Of a DNA stretch of 64,000 nt, positions 1 through 12,633 are shown in pieces. The stretch is taken from contig JACQXN010000020.1 in assembly GCA_016208745.1 (NCBI GenBank), positions 9,062 through 73,061 of the forward strand, given 5' to 3'. The translations under genes were made by a program, and so were the position numbers. The notes below the pieces were generated by a model, which saw only the letters and a list, made by a program, of their open reading frames with translations, was not told where the DNA came from and did no database searches. Source of the stretch: Candidatus Portnoybacteria bacterium. Lineage in GTDB: Bacteria; Patescibacteriota; Minisyncoccia; Portnoybacterales; GWB1-42-6. Every line of letters begins with the position of its first letter. Position 1 is the stretch's first letter.

Positions 1-1
1 G

Positions 2-1438
2 ACGAGCCTGGAGGTTGCCCTTTGGAATTATCTTAAAGAAAAAAATGAGTTTGACCATAAAAAAATTCCCGAGCTTTATCCCCGTCTTTTTGAGGAGCCT
101 TTTGATAGCGAGAAAAAATATTCTATGACCATTAATCAGGTTGACGGGCATAAAATGGCTTTGATCCTGGGAGCGCCAGAAATTGTTTTGTCTTTTTGTG
201 ATATCGGAGCCGAGCAAAAAACCCAAGCTTTGGCCAAAATTGACAACTGGGCTGAGCAGGGATTAAGGGTTTTGGGCGTGGCTTTCAAGGAAAAAGAAGA
301 TTTAAGAGAAAAAATAAATTATTCCTGGGTGGGGTTGGTTGGGATTGAAGACCCGATCAGAGAATCAGCCAAAGAAACGATTTTAAAAACGCAGGAAGCG
401 GGCATAAAAATAAAAATTGTTACGGGCGACTATAACAAAACCGCCCAGAATGTTGCTAGGCGTCTTGGTTTTAAAATAAATCCGGAAAATATTATGGAGG
501 GGGCGGAGCTTGAAAAAATAAGTCAAGATGAGCTAGAACAAAAAATCGACAACATTTTTTTATTTGCCAGAGTTCTACCCCATCAGAAATTAAAAATTGT
601 TAAAGCCTTACAGGCCAAAGGAGAAACAGTCGCTATGACTGGTGACGGCGTTAATGACGCGCCAGCGCTTAAAGCGGCTGATATCGGGGTGGCAGTTGGC
701 AGTGGTTCGGAAGTGGCCAAAGAGGCTGGCGATTTGATTTTGCTTGATAATAATTTTAAAACGATTGCCGCAGCAGTAGAAGAAGGCCGGTTAATTTATG
801 CCAACATTAAAAAAGTGGTCGGTTATGTATTATCTAATTCATTTGTTGAAATTATTTTAATTTTTGGCGCGATAATGGCTGGTCTGCCTGCGCCTTTAAC
901 CATTGTCCAGATTTTATGGATTCATTTAATTTGCGATGGGCCGCCTGATATTATGCTTGGTTTTGAGCACAAAGAAAAAGGGCTCATGCAGGAAAAACCA
1001 AAAGACATAAAAAAGGACGAGATTTTATCAGGTTACATGAAATTTTTAATTTTCAGTATTAGTTTGACGGCTGGTTTGGCAGCGCTAATGTTTTTCTGGT
1101 ATTTTATGGATAAAACCGGCAATTTAGAGTTAGCCCGAACTATTGCCTTTGCCACAATTGCTACGGTGGATCTGGTCTATGTTTTTTCTTTCAAAAATCT
1201 TAAAAGTTCGCTTATCAAAGCAGGAAAATTCTTTGACAATAAATTATTGATATTGGGAGTGATATACGGTTTTATTTTGATCTTTGCTGCTATTTATTTG
1301 CCCTTTCTTAATCGGATTTTGGGGACGACGCCGATTTTGGCCTGGCATTGGTTAATTGTTTTTGGCGTGGCCTTTGGCGTTACAGCAATGATAGAAATAG
1401 TTAAAGCGCTGGCTAATAATAATGCAAACCATCATTGA
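2..1438 (+). CDS. Cation-transporting P-type ATPase (type II, Ca2+-like), 5'-truncated by window edge
   Basis: Frame open from base 2; EPFDSEKK, VTGD, FARVLP and MTGDGVNDAPAL motifs; C-terminal TM helices. Confidence 0.93.
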   Translation, partial: TSLEVALWNYLKEKNEFDHKKIPELYPRLFEEPFDSEKKYSMTINQVDGHKMALILGAPEIVLSFCDIGAEQKTQALAKIDNWAEQGLRVLGVAFKEKEDLREKINYSWVGLVGIEDPIRESAKETILKTQEAGIKIKIVTGDYNKTAQNVARRLGFKINPENIMEGAELEKISQDELEQKIDNIFLFARVLPHQKLKIVKALQAKGETVAMTGDGVNDAPALKAADIGVAVGSGSEVAKEAGDLILLDNNFKTIAAAVEEGRLIYANIKKVVGYVLSNSFVEIILIFGAIMAGLPAPLTIVQILWIHLICDGPPDIMLGFEHKEKGLMQEKPKDIKKDEILSGYMKFLIFSISLTAGLAALMFFWYFMDKTGNLELARTIAFATIATVDLVYVFSFKNLKSSLIKAGKFFDNKLLILGVIYGFILIFAAIYLPFLNRILGTTPILAWHWLIVFGVAFGVTAMIEIVKALANNNANHH

Positions 1439-1495
1439 TTTTTAAAATAAAAAAAATACATCAGATAGCTATTTTATCATTAGGCAGTCAAAAAA

Positions 1496-2053
1496 ATGCC
1501 AAAGCAAAAAAATAATAATATAGTGCGGGATCTTATACTGATTACTTTAAGCGTTATTATTGCTGTTATTCTGGCTAAAACCGGAGCGCTGGAAGGCTTT
1601 TTGGCCGGCGCAAAAGAATACGGATTTTTAGGCAGTCTGATAGCGGGCATGTTTTTTGTTTCAATATTCACTGCGGCGCCAGCAGGCGTTGTTCTTTTTG
1701 AGATTGCTGCTGCTGGTTCTATGTGGGAAGTGGCGCTTTTGGGCGCAATAGGCGCCATGATCGGCGATCTTTTGATTTTCCGATTTATCAAAGTCAGAAT
1801 ATCTAAAGATGTCAGCTGGCTTATCAGAAAAACGAAACAAGAACGATTGGCCTCTATATTTAGGCTTAAGCTTTTTAGGTGGCTGGTGCCGTTTTTTGGC
1901 GCCTTGATTATTGTTTCTCCATTACCAGACGAATTAGGGCTGGCTATGATGGGGCTGTCAAAGATGAAAACAGCGATATTTATGCCAATGTCATTTGTGC
2001 TAAATTTTTTGGGGATACTGATAATTGGTTTGTTTGCCAAAGATCTGCTTTAA
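1496..2053 (+). CDS. Conserved hypothetical multi-pass membrane protein (VTT/DedA-like)
   Basis: 185 aa, hydrophobic helices, GAIGAMIGD and SPLPDELG motifs. Confidence 0.7.
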   Translation: MPKQKNNNIVRDLILITLSVIIAVILAKTGALEGFLAGAKEYGFLGSLIAGMFFVSIFTAAPAGVVLFEIAAAGSMWEVALLGAIGAMIGDLLIFRFIKVRISKDVSWLIRKTKQERLASIFRLKLFRWLVPFFGALIIVSPLPDELGLAMMGLSKMKTAIFMPMSFVLNFLGILIIGLFAKDLL

Positions 2054-2077
2054 TTTTCTCTGTTGATAACTTTCCCC

Positions 2078-2105
2078 TTGACAAGCTTTTTGGATTTTAT
2101 ATAAT
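2078..2105 (+). promoter_or_regulatory. Sigma70-type promoter
   Basis: TTGACA-16-TATAAT. Confidence 0.6.
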
Positions 2106-2303
2106 AGAAGTAGTTAGATTCTTTCTAACATCAAAAAAAGCGACACCTTAGTGTCAAAAATCATATAGCTCTTTCTCCATCAACCCATTCAAAAGCCCAT
2201 ACCTCGGTATGGGCTTCAATCTTTTTACAGATCTTTATAGTTATTTTTTGTTTGTAGTTTTCAAAGTTTATTACAACGTTGTTATATTGTTGCATTGAAT
2301 TTA

Positions 2304-2403
2304 ACCCGGCATCCAGAAAAACAAATCTGGATTCCGGCTGGAGTTTACCCTCGATCTGGATTCCTGCTTTCGCAGGAATAACAGAGTCGGGGCGGGAATG
2401 ACA
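2304..2403. repeat. Palindromic repeat family B (TGTCATTCCCG...CGGGAATGACA type), composite copy
   Basis: CTGGATTCCTGCTTTCGCAGGAATAACA nested within CTGGATTCC...GGGAATGACA; matches 52780-52849. Confidence 0.8.
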
Positions 2404-2493
2404 GAAAGGGGAAGCATTCTGCAGAGCCTTATCATAACGATTGCTGACGCTATTTAATCGCCATCTGGGCGGTTTTTTGTTAGAATAAAATAT

Positions 2494-3177
2494 ATGACCC
2501 AGTTGTCTTATCAATATGCCTATATTATTGCCTGTTTAATCCTCCTTATTTTTTGGCTCTTTATATTTCTAAAACGCAAGGATTTGCGAAAAGAAATGAT
2601 TTGGGCAAGTTTAGCTGGCCTGCCCTTTGGTTTTATTGACTGGTTTTTGGTGCCAGTTTATTGGCATCCAGAATCTCTGTTTGATTTAATAAAAAAATAC
2701 GGTGTGGGGATTGAGAGCTTTGTTTTCTTTTTCGCCATGGCCGGCATTGCGGCGGTGGCTTATGAATTTACTGAAAAAAGAAAGATAAAAAGGATAGGCC
2801 GGAGTAAAAAATTGCATCTTCTGCCTTTTTTTCTGGCTTTGGTTTCCTTTCTGATATTAACCATCGCTTCTCCTGAAAAAGCGGTTTATAATCTTATGGC
2901 TTCTGGCGCTATTGGCACTTTTTTAATAATTTTTTTCCGCCGCGATCTTTTAGAGCAGATTTTGGGGAGTGCTTTTATTTTTAGCTTTTTTTATTTTGTC
3001 GCCCTGTTTTTGGTCGGTCGGATTTTTAACGGGGTGATTGAAAGTTTCTATAACCTTTCAAGCATTTGGGGGATATTTATTGCCGGCGTGCCGCTGGAAG
3101 AAATATTGGTGGCATTTTTTGCCGGCGCTTTTTGGTCATGTGCCTATGAATACGCCAAGTCGTATCAAGAAAGATAA
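2494..3177 (+). CDS. Lycopene-cyclase-domain-like integral membrane protein
   Basis: Two hydrophobic halves ending GVGIES and GVPLEE, like the PLEE motif of the membrane lycopene cyclase domain. Confidence 0.65.
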   Translation: MTQLSYQYAYIIACLILLIFWLFIFLKRKDLRKEMIWASLAGLPFGFIDWFLVPVYWHPESLFDLIKKYGVGIESFVFFFAMAGIAAVAYEFTEKRKIKRIGRSKKLHLLPFFLALVSFLILTIASPEKAVYNLMASGAIGTFLIIFFRRDLLEQILGSAFIFSFFYFVALFLVGRIFNGVIESFYNLSSIWGIFIAGVPLEEILVAFFAGAFWSCAYEYAKSYQER

Positions 3178-3193
3178 TTAAGCCAGTTTAGCT

Positions 3194-3805
3194 ATTATAG
3201 AACTCCCTGTCTATAAAACCCAAGGCATTATTTTAGAAAAGACCGATCTTTCGCCAACTGATCGGCTTTTGACTATTTACACTAAAAGCTTTGGCAAAAT
3301 TTTAGTTAGAGCCAAGGGGGTTGGCAAAAAAGAATCAAAGCTTAAATCTTTTCTGGAGCCGTTTAATTTATGCGAATTTTTACTGGCCAGAAGCAAAACC
3401 ATTGATGTTTTAACTGGCGTTGAATGTTTAAAAGAATTTATTCATTTGCGAAGCAATCTTGAGTCTCTGGCGCTCGCTTTTTATTTTTCGGAACTGATTG
3501 ATAAATTAGTTGTGGCGCCAGAACGAGATGAAAAAATTTGGACGTTATTGACAAGGGCGATGGAGGCGTTGGAAAAAGCATCATCCACAGAAGCAGAGCC
3601 AAAATTTTACCCTTCGACAAGCTCAGGGAATAAAATTTTAGCTCCAGGTTTACTCAAATTAAAATCAGCTTTTGAGGAAAAGCTGATTGAGTTTCTGGGA
3701 TATAAAATTGAAAAACCAAAAGATAATTTACGCTATATTCAATCTTTGGCTGGCGAAGAAATAAAATCAGCTAGATTTTTAAGGTCATTAAGTTTAAGCA
3801 AATAA
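3194..3805 (+). CDS. recO: DNA repair protein RecO (start codon uncertain)
   Basis: YKTQGIILEK..DRLLTIYTKSFGKI..AKGVGKKESKLKSFLEPF; homology extends upstream of the TTG at 3269; no ATG after the stop at 3179. Confidence 0.85.
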   Translation: MIELPVYKTQGIILEKTDLSPTDRLLTIYTKSFGKILVRAKGVGKKESKLKSFLEPFNLCEFLLARSKTIDVLTGVECLKEFIHLRSNLESLALAFYFSELIDKLVVAPERDEKIWTLLTRAMEALEKASSTEAEPKFYPSTSSGNKILAPGLLKLKSAFEEKLIEFLGYKIEKPKDNLRYIQSLAGEEIKSARFLRSLSLSK

Positions 3806-5001
3806 GTCTCTTGGGCGTTTCTGGCTTTTAGTTCCATTGAGCTTTTGTCTAACGATTTTTGCGAAATAACAATTCGCCAAGGAATGCCGATTAAATCCGC
3901 TTCAGCAAATTTTTTGCCGGCAGTGGCGTCTCGGTCGTCATATAAAACAGCATATCCGCGGCTTATCAGTTTTTCATAAAGGGCCTCCGCCTCTTTTTTT
4001 ATTTTTTCATCTTCACCTAAAGCTAGAAGATGAATATCAAATGGCGCGACTTCTTTGGGCCAAATAAGGCCTTTTTCATCGTGCCAGACTTCGGCTATGG
4101 CGCCCATGATTCTGGCTGGGCCCATGCCATAGCAACCCATAATGACTAATTTCTCTTGGCCGTCTTTGTCGCGGAATTTTAAATCAAACGGCTCGGAATA
4201 CTTTGTTTTTAGTTTAAAGATATTGGCGATTTCAACGGCTTTGACTTCTTTGAAATCATTACTGCCGCAGTCAGGGCAAGTTGGATTTTCTGGTTTTATT
4301 TCTTCATTAATTGCTAAGTCGCATTGCTGGCAAATATGGATTTTATCCTCGCCGCCTTCGGTTATGGTTTGGAATTCATGGGAATATTTGGAAAAACTGC
4401 CGCCCGAAGCCGCAGTTAAATAAGTTTGTTCATCTAATCCGCAGCGCTCAATGATTTTAAAATAAGCATCGGTTATTTTTTCGTAATAGCTATCAAGGTC
4501 TTTTTCGTCGGCATGAAAGGAATAAAGATCTTTCATGGAAAATTCGCGGGTGCGCAAGAGGCCGGATTTGGCGCGGATTTCATTGCGGAATTTGGTTTGA
4601 ATCTGAAAAATATATAGCGGGAGATCCTTGTAAGATAAAATAAATTTTTGCGCCAAAGGCACAACAATTTCTTCGTGTGTCGCGCCAAGCGCATATTCTT
4701 TTTCATCAGCCCCTTTTATTTTAAAAAGCGCATCAAAATTCTCCCAGCGGCCGGTTTTCTGCCAGTTTTCTTTGGGGTTTAACGCCGGCATCAAAATTTC
4801 TTGTCCGTCAACCGCAACCATTTCCTCACGGACAATGTTTTCTATTTTCCGCAAAACTTTCAAGCCCAGTGGCAGAAAAGAAAAAATTCCAGCTGAAAGC
4901 TTGTCAATAAAACCGCCCCGCGTTAGCAATTTGGCATTGACGCTTATTTCGTCTTTGGGCGCCTCTTTTTGAGTTTTGGTAAAAAGTTGCGATTGATGCA
5001 T
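3739..5001 (-). CDS. proS: Prolyl-tRNA synthetase (short form, no INS editing domain)
   Basis: GATHEE, QIQTKFRNEIR..GLLRTREF, MGCYGMG; likely start MHQSQLF at 5001; 3' end overlaps recO convergently. Confidence 0.96.
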   Translation of the reverse strand: MHQSQLFTKTQKEAPKDEISVNAKLLTRGGFIDKLSAGIFSFLPLGLKVLRKIENIVREEMVAVDGQEILMPALNPKENWQKTGRWENFDALFKIKGADEKEYALGATHEEIVVPLAQKFILSYKDLPLYIFQIQTKFRNEIRAKSGLLRTREFSMKDLYSFHADEKDLDSYYEKITDAYFKIIERCGLDEQTYLTAASGGSFSKYSHEFQTITEGGEDKIHICQQCDLAINEEIKPENPTCPDCGSNDFKEVKAVEIANIFKLKTKYSEPFDLKFRDKDGQEKLVIMGCYGMGPARIMGAIAEVWHDEKGLIWPKEVAPFDIHLLALGEDEKIKKEAEALYEKLISRGYAVLYDDRDATAGKKFAEADLIGIPWRIVISQKSLDKSSMELKARNAQETYLLKLNDLKNLADFISSPAKD

Positions 5002-5097
5002 TAACTTTAGTATAATAGCTGAAAGTCTATTTTGCAATAATCCGATTTTATTGTAGAATACAGAAAGGAGGGTTTTTAGTTTTAAACTTCTAATAAT

Positions 5098-8275
<3,178 letters not shown>

Positions 8276-8302
8276 TTCTTATTATTGGTATTTATACGAA
8301 AT

Positions 8303-8455
8303 AAAAAAGCGCCGTTTTATTAGCGCTTAAAGAGATGGGCGCGACAGAGAAAGGAAAGGAGAAATAGTTTTTTGCAGTTGGGGCCGGTTTCCCCTTCTGC
8401 AAAATCCTACCCTGTCGCGCCCGGCAAATTGGAAATTAGAAATTAGGGTACTATA
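8303..8455 (-). ncRNA. Candidate small structured RNA with its own promoter and terminator
   Basis: Minus-strand TTGACA(8489-8484)-17-TATTAT; 11-bp stem GGGCGCGACAG/CTGTCGCGCCC; AAGCGC/GCGCTT+T6 terminator; no ORF in the ORF track. Confidence 0.55.
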
Positions 8456-8565
8456 TTGCAATAATAGGTTAACTCAAATAACTTGTCAAGAGACAGGCGA
8501 AATATTATACTAAGTTTAGTTATCGTAGCAGATTTTTACGTTTTTTGATTATTTAACTTTCAACC

Positions 8566-8643
8566 ATGCAAGAAAACAATCTTATGGATAAAATAGTGAG
8601 TCTTTGTAAAAGGCGGGCCGCCCCTTTGGCGAGCCTCGCCTGA
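8566..8643 (+). pseudogene. Short diverged duplicate of the GlyRS N-terminus (25-codon ORF)
   Basis: MQENNLMDKIVSLCKRRAAPLASLA* versus GlyRS ...MDKIVSLCKRRGF. Confidence 0.75.
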
Positions 8644-8654
8644 CTTTTTAACAT

Positions 8655-9968
8655 ATGAAAGAAAATAATACAAACAATCAATCTGTGATGGATAAAATAG
8701 TAAGTTTATGCAAAAGGCGGGGTTTTATTTTTCCGGGTTCGGAAATTTATGGCGGTTTGGCCAATACTTATGATTATGGTCCGCTTGGCGTTGAACTTAA
8801 AAATAATATCAAGAATCTTTGGTGGAAATATTTTGTTCAGACTCGAGATGACATGGTTGGTTTGGACGGCGGGATAATTTCTAATGCCAAAATATGGGAA
8901 GCTTCAGGCCATATTAAAAATTTTAAAGACCCATTGGTAGAATGCAAAAAATGTCATCATCGCTTCCGGCCTGATAAATTAATAGATCCTTCAAAATGTC
9001 CTGACTGCGGCGGAGAATTTACCGAATCAAAAATGTTTAGCGGTTTATTCAAAACAACCATTGGGCCAGTTGAAGAAGAAGGAGAAATTGCTTATTTGCG
9101 GCCTGAAACCGCCCAGAATATGTTTGTGAATTTTAAAAATATTCTTGATTCATCGGGCAAAAAATTGCCGTTTGGCATTGGGCAAATGGGCAAGGCGTTT
9201 CGCAACGAAATAACGACCGGCAATTTTATTTTTCGGACTTTAGAATTTGAGCAAATGGAAATAGAATATTTCATTGCGCCCCAAAGCGATTGGAATAAAA
9301 TTTTTGAAAGTTGGCTGGAATATATTTATGGCTACGCTGATTTAATCGGGCTGGCGCGCGATAATTTCTTTAACCACGAAATTCCGGATGAAGAACGCGC
9401 TTTTTATTCCAAAAGAACAATTGACATAGAATATAAATTTCCTTTCGGCCAAGATGAACTTTGGGCAATTGCCTATCGGACAGATTATGATTTATCAGCG
9501 CATCAAAAAGCATCAAGCAGGAATCTTGAATATTTTGATGAAGAAACTAAGAAAAGATTTATTCCCCATGTGATTGAGCCGACTTTTGGCGTTGATAGAA
9601 CACTACTAGCTCTTTTATCAGAAAGTTACAGCGAAGAAGAAGGTAGAGTTGTTCTAAAGTTAAATCCTAAAGTCGCGCCATATAAAGCGGCGATATTTCC
9701 ATTATTGGCCAATAAGCCGCAATTGGTTGAGTCGGCACGTAAAATTTATGAGGATTTGCGGAAAGAATTTAATGTGGCTTTTGACGATCGCGGCAATATT
9801 GGCAAGCGTTATTTTTCTCAAGATGAAATCGGAACGCCTTTTTGTATTACAATTGATTTTGATAGCCTAGAGAAAAGCGATGTCACAGTACGCGATAGAG
9901 ATACAATGAAGCAGGAAAGGATTAAGATAGAGGACTTGAAGAGTTATTTTGAGAAGAAGCTGAATTAA
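8655..9968 (+). CDS. glyQS: Glycyl-tRNA synthetase, alpha2 type
   Basis: YDYGPLG, LRPETAQ, GKAFRNEI, EFEQMEIE, VIEPTFGVDR. Confidence 0.97.
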   Translation: MKENNTNNQSVMDKIVSLCKRRGFIFPGSEIYGGLANTYDYGPLGVELKNNIKNLWWKYFVQTRDDMVGLDGGIISNAKIWEASGHIKNFKDPLVECKKCHHRFRPDKLIDPSKCPDCGGEFTESKMFSGLFKTTIGPVEEEGEIAYLRPETAQNMFVNFKNILDSSGKKLPFGIGQMGKAFRNEITTGNFIFRTLEFEQMEIEYFIAPQSDWNKIFESWLEYIYGYADLIGLARDNFFNHEIPDEERAFYSKRTIDIEYKFPFGQDELWAIAYRTDYDLSAHQKASSRNLEYFDEETKKRFIPHVIEPTFGVDRTLLALLSESYSEEEGRVVLKLNPKVAPYKAAIFPLLANKPQLVESARKIYEDLRKEFNVAFDDRGNIGKRYFSQDEIGTPFCITIDFDSLEKSDVTVRDRDTMKQERIKIEDLKSYFEKKLN

Positions 9969-9978
9969 TTTTCTTTAA

Positions 9979-10158
9979 GCCACTTTTTGTGCCGACAAAA
10001 AGTGGCCAAAAAACTCTCGCCACGCGTAAAAAATAAAGAAAAATCGGGCTCGCTTCGCTAAATTTGCTATGCCCAGCGCTTCGCGCTGACAACCACAACA
10101 CGCAAATTTTTAACGCTCGGCTCGTCTCGATTTTCTAGTTATTTTTTCGCGATGGCGA
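9979..10158 (+). repeat. ~185-nt structured intergenic repeat (family F), copy 1
   Basis: Hairpin GCCACTTTTTGT/ACAAAAAGTGGC, CAAAAAACT linker and a long stem; similar copies at 24955 and 46201. Confidence 0.85.
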
Positions 10159-10172
10159 ATAAATTTTAGGCC

Positions 10173-11441
10173 ATGTTTAAAAAATATACTTTACCAAATG
10201 GTTTGAGAATTATTACGGCGCCGATTGAAGGAAGTAAATCGGTGACGGTTTTAGTTTTGGTTGGAACCGGCTCAAAATATGAGACAAAAGAGAATAATGG
10301 CTTATCTCATTTTTTAGAACACATGTTTTTTAAGGGGACAAAAAAGCGGCCGACCACCTTGGAAATTTCTTCTGATTTAGACGCGGTTGGCGGATCATAC
10401 AATGCCTTTACTTCAAAAGAGATGACTGGTTATTGGGCTAAGGTTGATGCTTCCCATTTTGATCTGGCGCTTGATTGGGTCTCAGATATATTTTTAAATT
10501 CAAAATTAGAAGAAGAAGAAATTGAGCGGGAAAAAGGCGTGATTTTGGAAGAAGTTAATATGTATTTGGATACGCCAATGACCGATATCTGGCATATTTG
10601 GGAGAAACTTTTATACGGCGATCAGCCAGCCGGTTGGCTGACGCTTGGCGAAAGAGAAATTATAAAATCAATGCGGCGCGAGCAGTTTTTGCAGTATCTT
10701 AAAAATCAATATGTCGCTAAAAACACAATGGTCGTTGTGGCCGGAAGCGAAAAAATAATTCAAAATTCAAAATCTAAAATTCAAAATTGTTTCAAAGATA
10801 TAAGAAAAGGGAGTTTTAAAAATAAACAAAAGGCCGTTGAGAAACAAAAAACACCGCAGGTTTTAATCCGTTTTAAAGAAACCGACCAGACACATTTAGT
10901 TTTGGGCGGGCGAAGTTATGATATTTTTCATAGAGACAGATTTGCTGCGGCTCTTTTAAATACGATCCTTGGCGGCTATATGAGTTCGCGTTTATGGATT
11001 GAAATTAGGGAGCGCCGGGGTCTAGCTTATTATGTCCGTTCAATCAATGAGACATATACTGACACAGGATATTTAGTGGCCAACGCCGGGCTTGATATTT
11101 CAAGAATCGACGAAGCGATAAAGGTTATTTTGGGAGAATTTAAAAAAATTAAAGAAGAGAAAGTTCCCGATAAGGAGCTTAAGAAAGCTAAAGATCATAT
11201 TAGGGGCGCGACTTTATTGGCTTTGGAATCATCTGATGAAATGGCCTCATATTTGGGCATGCAAGAAGTGATCAAAAAACAAATCTTGACACCAGAGCAA
11301 TTTTTCAGTAAAATAGAGAAAGTAACTCCTAATGATTTACAGCGAGTGGCTAAAGAAATTTTCCGACCTGAAAAATTAAATTTGGCCTTAATCGGGCCAT
11401 TTAAAGATAAGCAGAAGTTTGAGCGGTTGATTAAGATCTAA
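10173..11441 (+). CDS. M16 family zinc peptidase
   Basis: HFLEHMFFKGT (HxxEH), NAFT, IRERRGLAY. Confidence 0.95.
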   Translation: MFKKYTLPNGLRIITAPIEGSKSVTVLVLVGTGSKYETKENNGLSHFLEHMFFKGTKKRPTTLEISSDLDAVGGSYNAFTSKEMTGYWAKVDASHFDLALDWVSDIFLNSKLEEEEIEREKGVILEEVNMYLDTPMTDIWHIWEKLLYGDQPAGWLTLGEREIIKSMRREQFLQYLKNQYVAKNTMVVVAGSEKIIQNSKSKIQNCFKDIRKGSFKNKQKAVEKQKTPQVLIRFKETDQTHLVLGGRSYDIFHRDRFAAALLNTILGGYMSSRLWIEIRERRGLAYYVRSINETYTDTGYLVANAGLDISRIDEAIKVILGEFKKIKEEKVPDKELKKAKDHIRGATLLALESSDEMASYLGMQEVIKKQILTPEQFFSKIEKVTPNDLQRVAKEIFRPEKLNLALIGPFKDKQKFERLIKI

Positions 11442-11462
11442 AAAGTAGCGTAAAATTGTTCG

Positions 11463-11567
11463 GTAGAAATAATCATATTTTTCCGCACGCCTCTGTTATA
11501 TTGGCGCTCGCGCCAAAATCAATGAACCCACGGCCAGCCCGATGCAGAAAAATATGATTATTTCCAC
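11463..11567. repeat. Long intergenic inverted repeat
   Basis: GAAATAATCATATTTTTC / GAAAAATATGATTATTTC perfect 18-bp arms. Confidence 0.75.
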
Positions 11568-11578
11568 GCCTTAAAGCG

Positions 11579-12598
11579 ATGAATCAAACAATAAATATTT
11601 CAAGTTCTACTATCTGGCGCGCTATTTTCATAGTGATTTTTATTTTGCTTCTCTATTTTGTGCGCGATATTTTAATCTTGGTTTTCACTTCTTTAATTTT
11701 GGCGGCAGCGCTTGACCGGCCGATTGATCGTCTGCAAAAACATAAAATTCCCCGTGCTTTGAGCGCAATTTTAATATATGTTATCGCCCTCTCTGTTTCA
11801 GGCTTGATTATCTATTTAATAGTTCCGCCTCTGGTTTCTGAGGTTAAGGCTTTTGCTTCCAATTACTCTTTCTATCTTGATAAAATTAGCGATTGGTCAA
11901 AAAATACAGCTTCAATTGATTTTAGCGGTTTGTTAAAAGATTTGCCCGGCCAGCTGGCCGGCGGAGTGCAACCGGTTTTGACGGTGATTTCTAATATTTT
12001 TGGCGGGTTTGTTTCTTTTATCGTTATTTTCTTTTTGGCGCTATTTTTCAATATTCAAGAAAACGGCGTTAAAAAATTTATTTATTATTTAACGCCCAAT
12101 AAAAACCGCGAATATATTTTGGAGCTTTTCGGAAAAATCCAGCAAAAGATGAGCGCTTGGCTCTGGGGAAAAATTCTAATTGCTTTTTCTTTGGCGATTT
12201 TAACTTCAGCCGGATTGTATTTTATGGGAATAAAATACGCCCTGACTTTGGGCGTTTTGGCTGGTTTGCTAAATTTTATTCCTTATATCGGCGTGATTAT
12301 CGCCGCCATTCCGGCCATATTTTTGGGATTAGTTGAATCGCCTTTAATGGCATTAATCGTGGCGGCTTTTTATACTTTTCTTAACGCGGTGGTGGAGTCT
12401 TTTTTCTTAACGCCGCTTTTAATGAGAAAGGTGACCGGGCTTAATGCCGGGCTTTTGATATTAGTTGTTTTAATCGGCGCCAAACTCGCGGGAGTTTTGG
12501 GCATTATTTTGGCAATTCCTACAGCGGTTATTGTTTCTGTCTTAATTGATGAGTATATCAGAGGAAAACAGGTTGTCGGGAAAGAAACTGAACTCTAG
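11579..12598 (+). CDS. AI-2E family transporter
   Basis: Multi-TM; LNFIPYIG and GxLGxxLAIP signatures. Confidence 0.9.
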   Translation: MNQTINISSSTIWRAIFIVIFILLLYFVRDILILVFTSLILAAALDRPIDRLQKHKIPRALSAILIYVIALSVSGLIIYLIVPPLVSEVKAFASNYSFYLDKISDWSKNTASIDFSGLLKDLPGQLAGGVQPVLTVISNIFGGFVSFIVIFFLALFFNIQENGVKKFIYYLTPNKNREYILELFGKIQQKMSAWLWGKILIAFSLAILTSAGLYFMGIKYALTLGVLAGLLNFIPYIGVIIAAIPAIFLGLVESPLMALIVAAFYTFLNAVVESFFLTPLLMRKVTGLNAGLLILVVLIGAKLAGVLGIILAIPTAVIVSVLIDEYIRGKQVVGKETEL

Positions 12599-12633
12599 TT
12601 AACGTTTGCGCTTTCCAATCAGGCGATTAGAGA

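Noticed and set aside
1480-2040. Long antisense ORFs (also 15415-16059, 38151-38663, 57028-57390, 63694-63984)
   Set aside because: Shadow frames opposite better-supported genes.
2161-2514. Minus-strand ORF, and similar ORFs at 21229-21558, 27689-27997, 34763-34999, 46137-46331, 52775-53017, 54096-54407 and 55977-56334
   Set aside because: They are translations of palindromic repeats (CHSR, KGG.GG peptides) or leaders, with no independent coding evidence.
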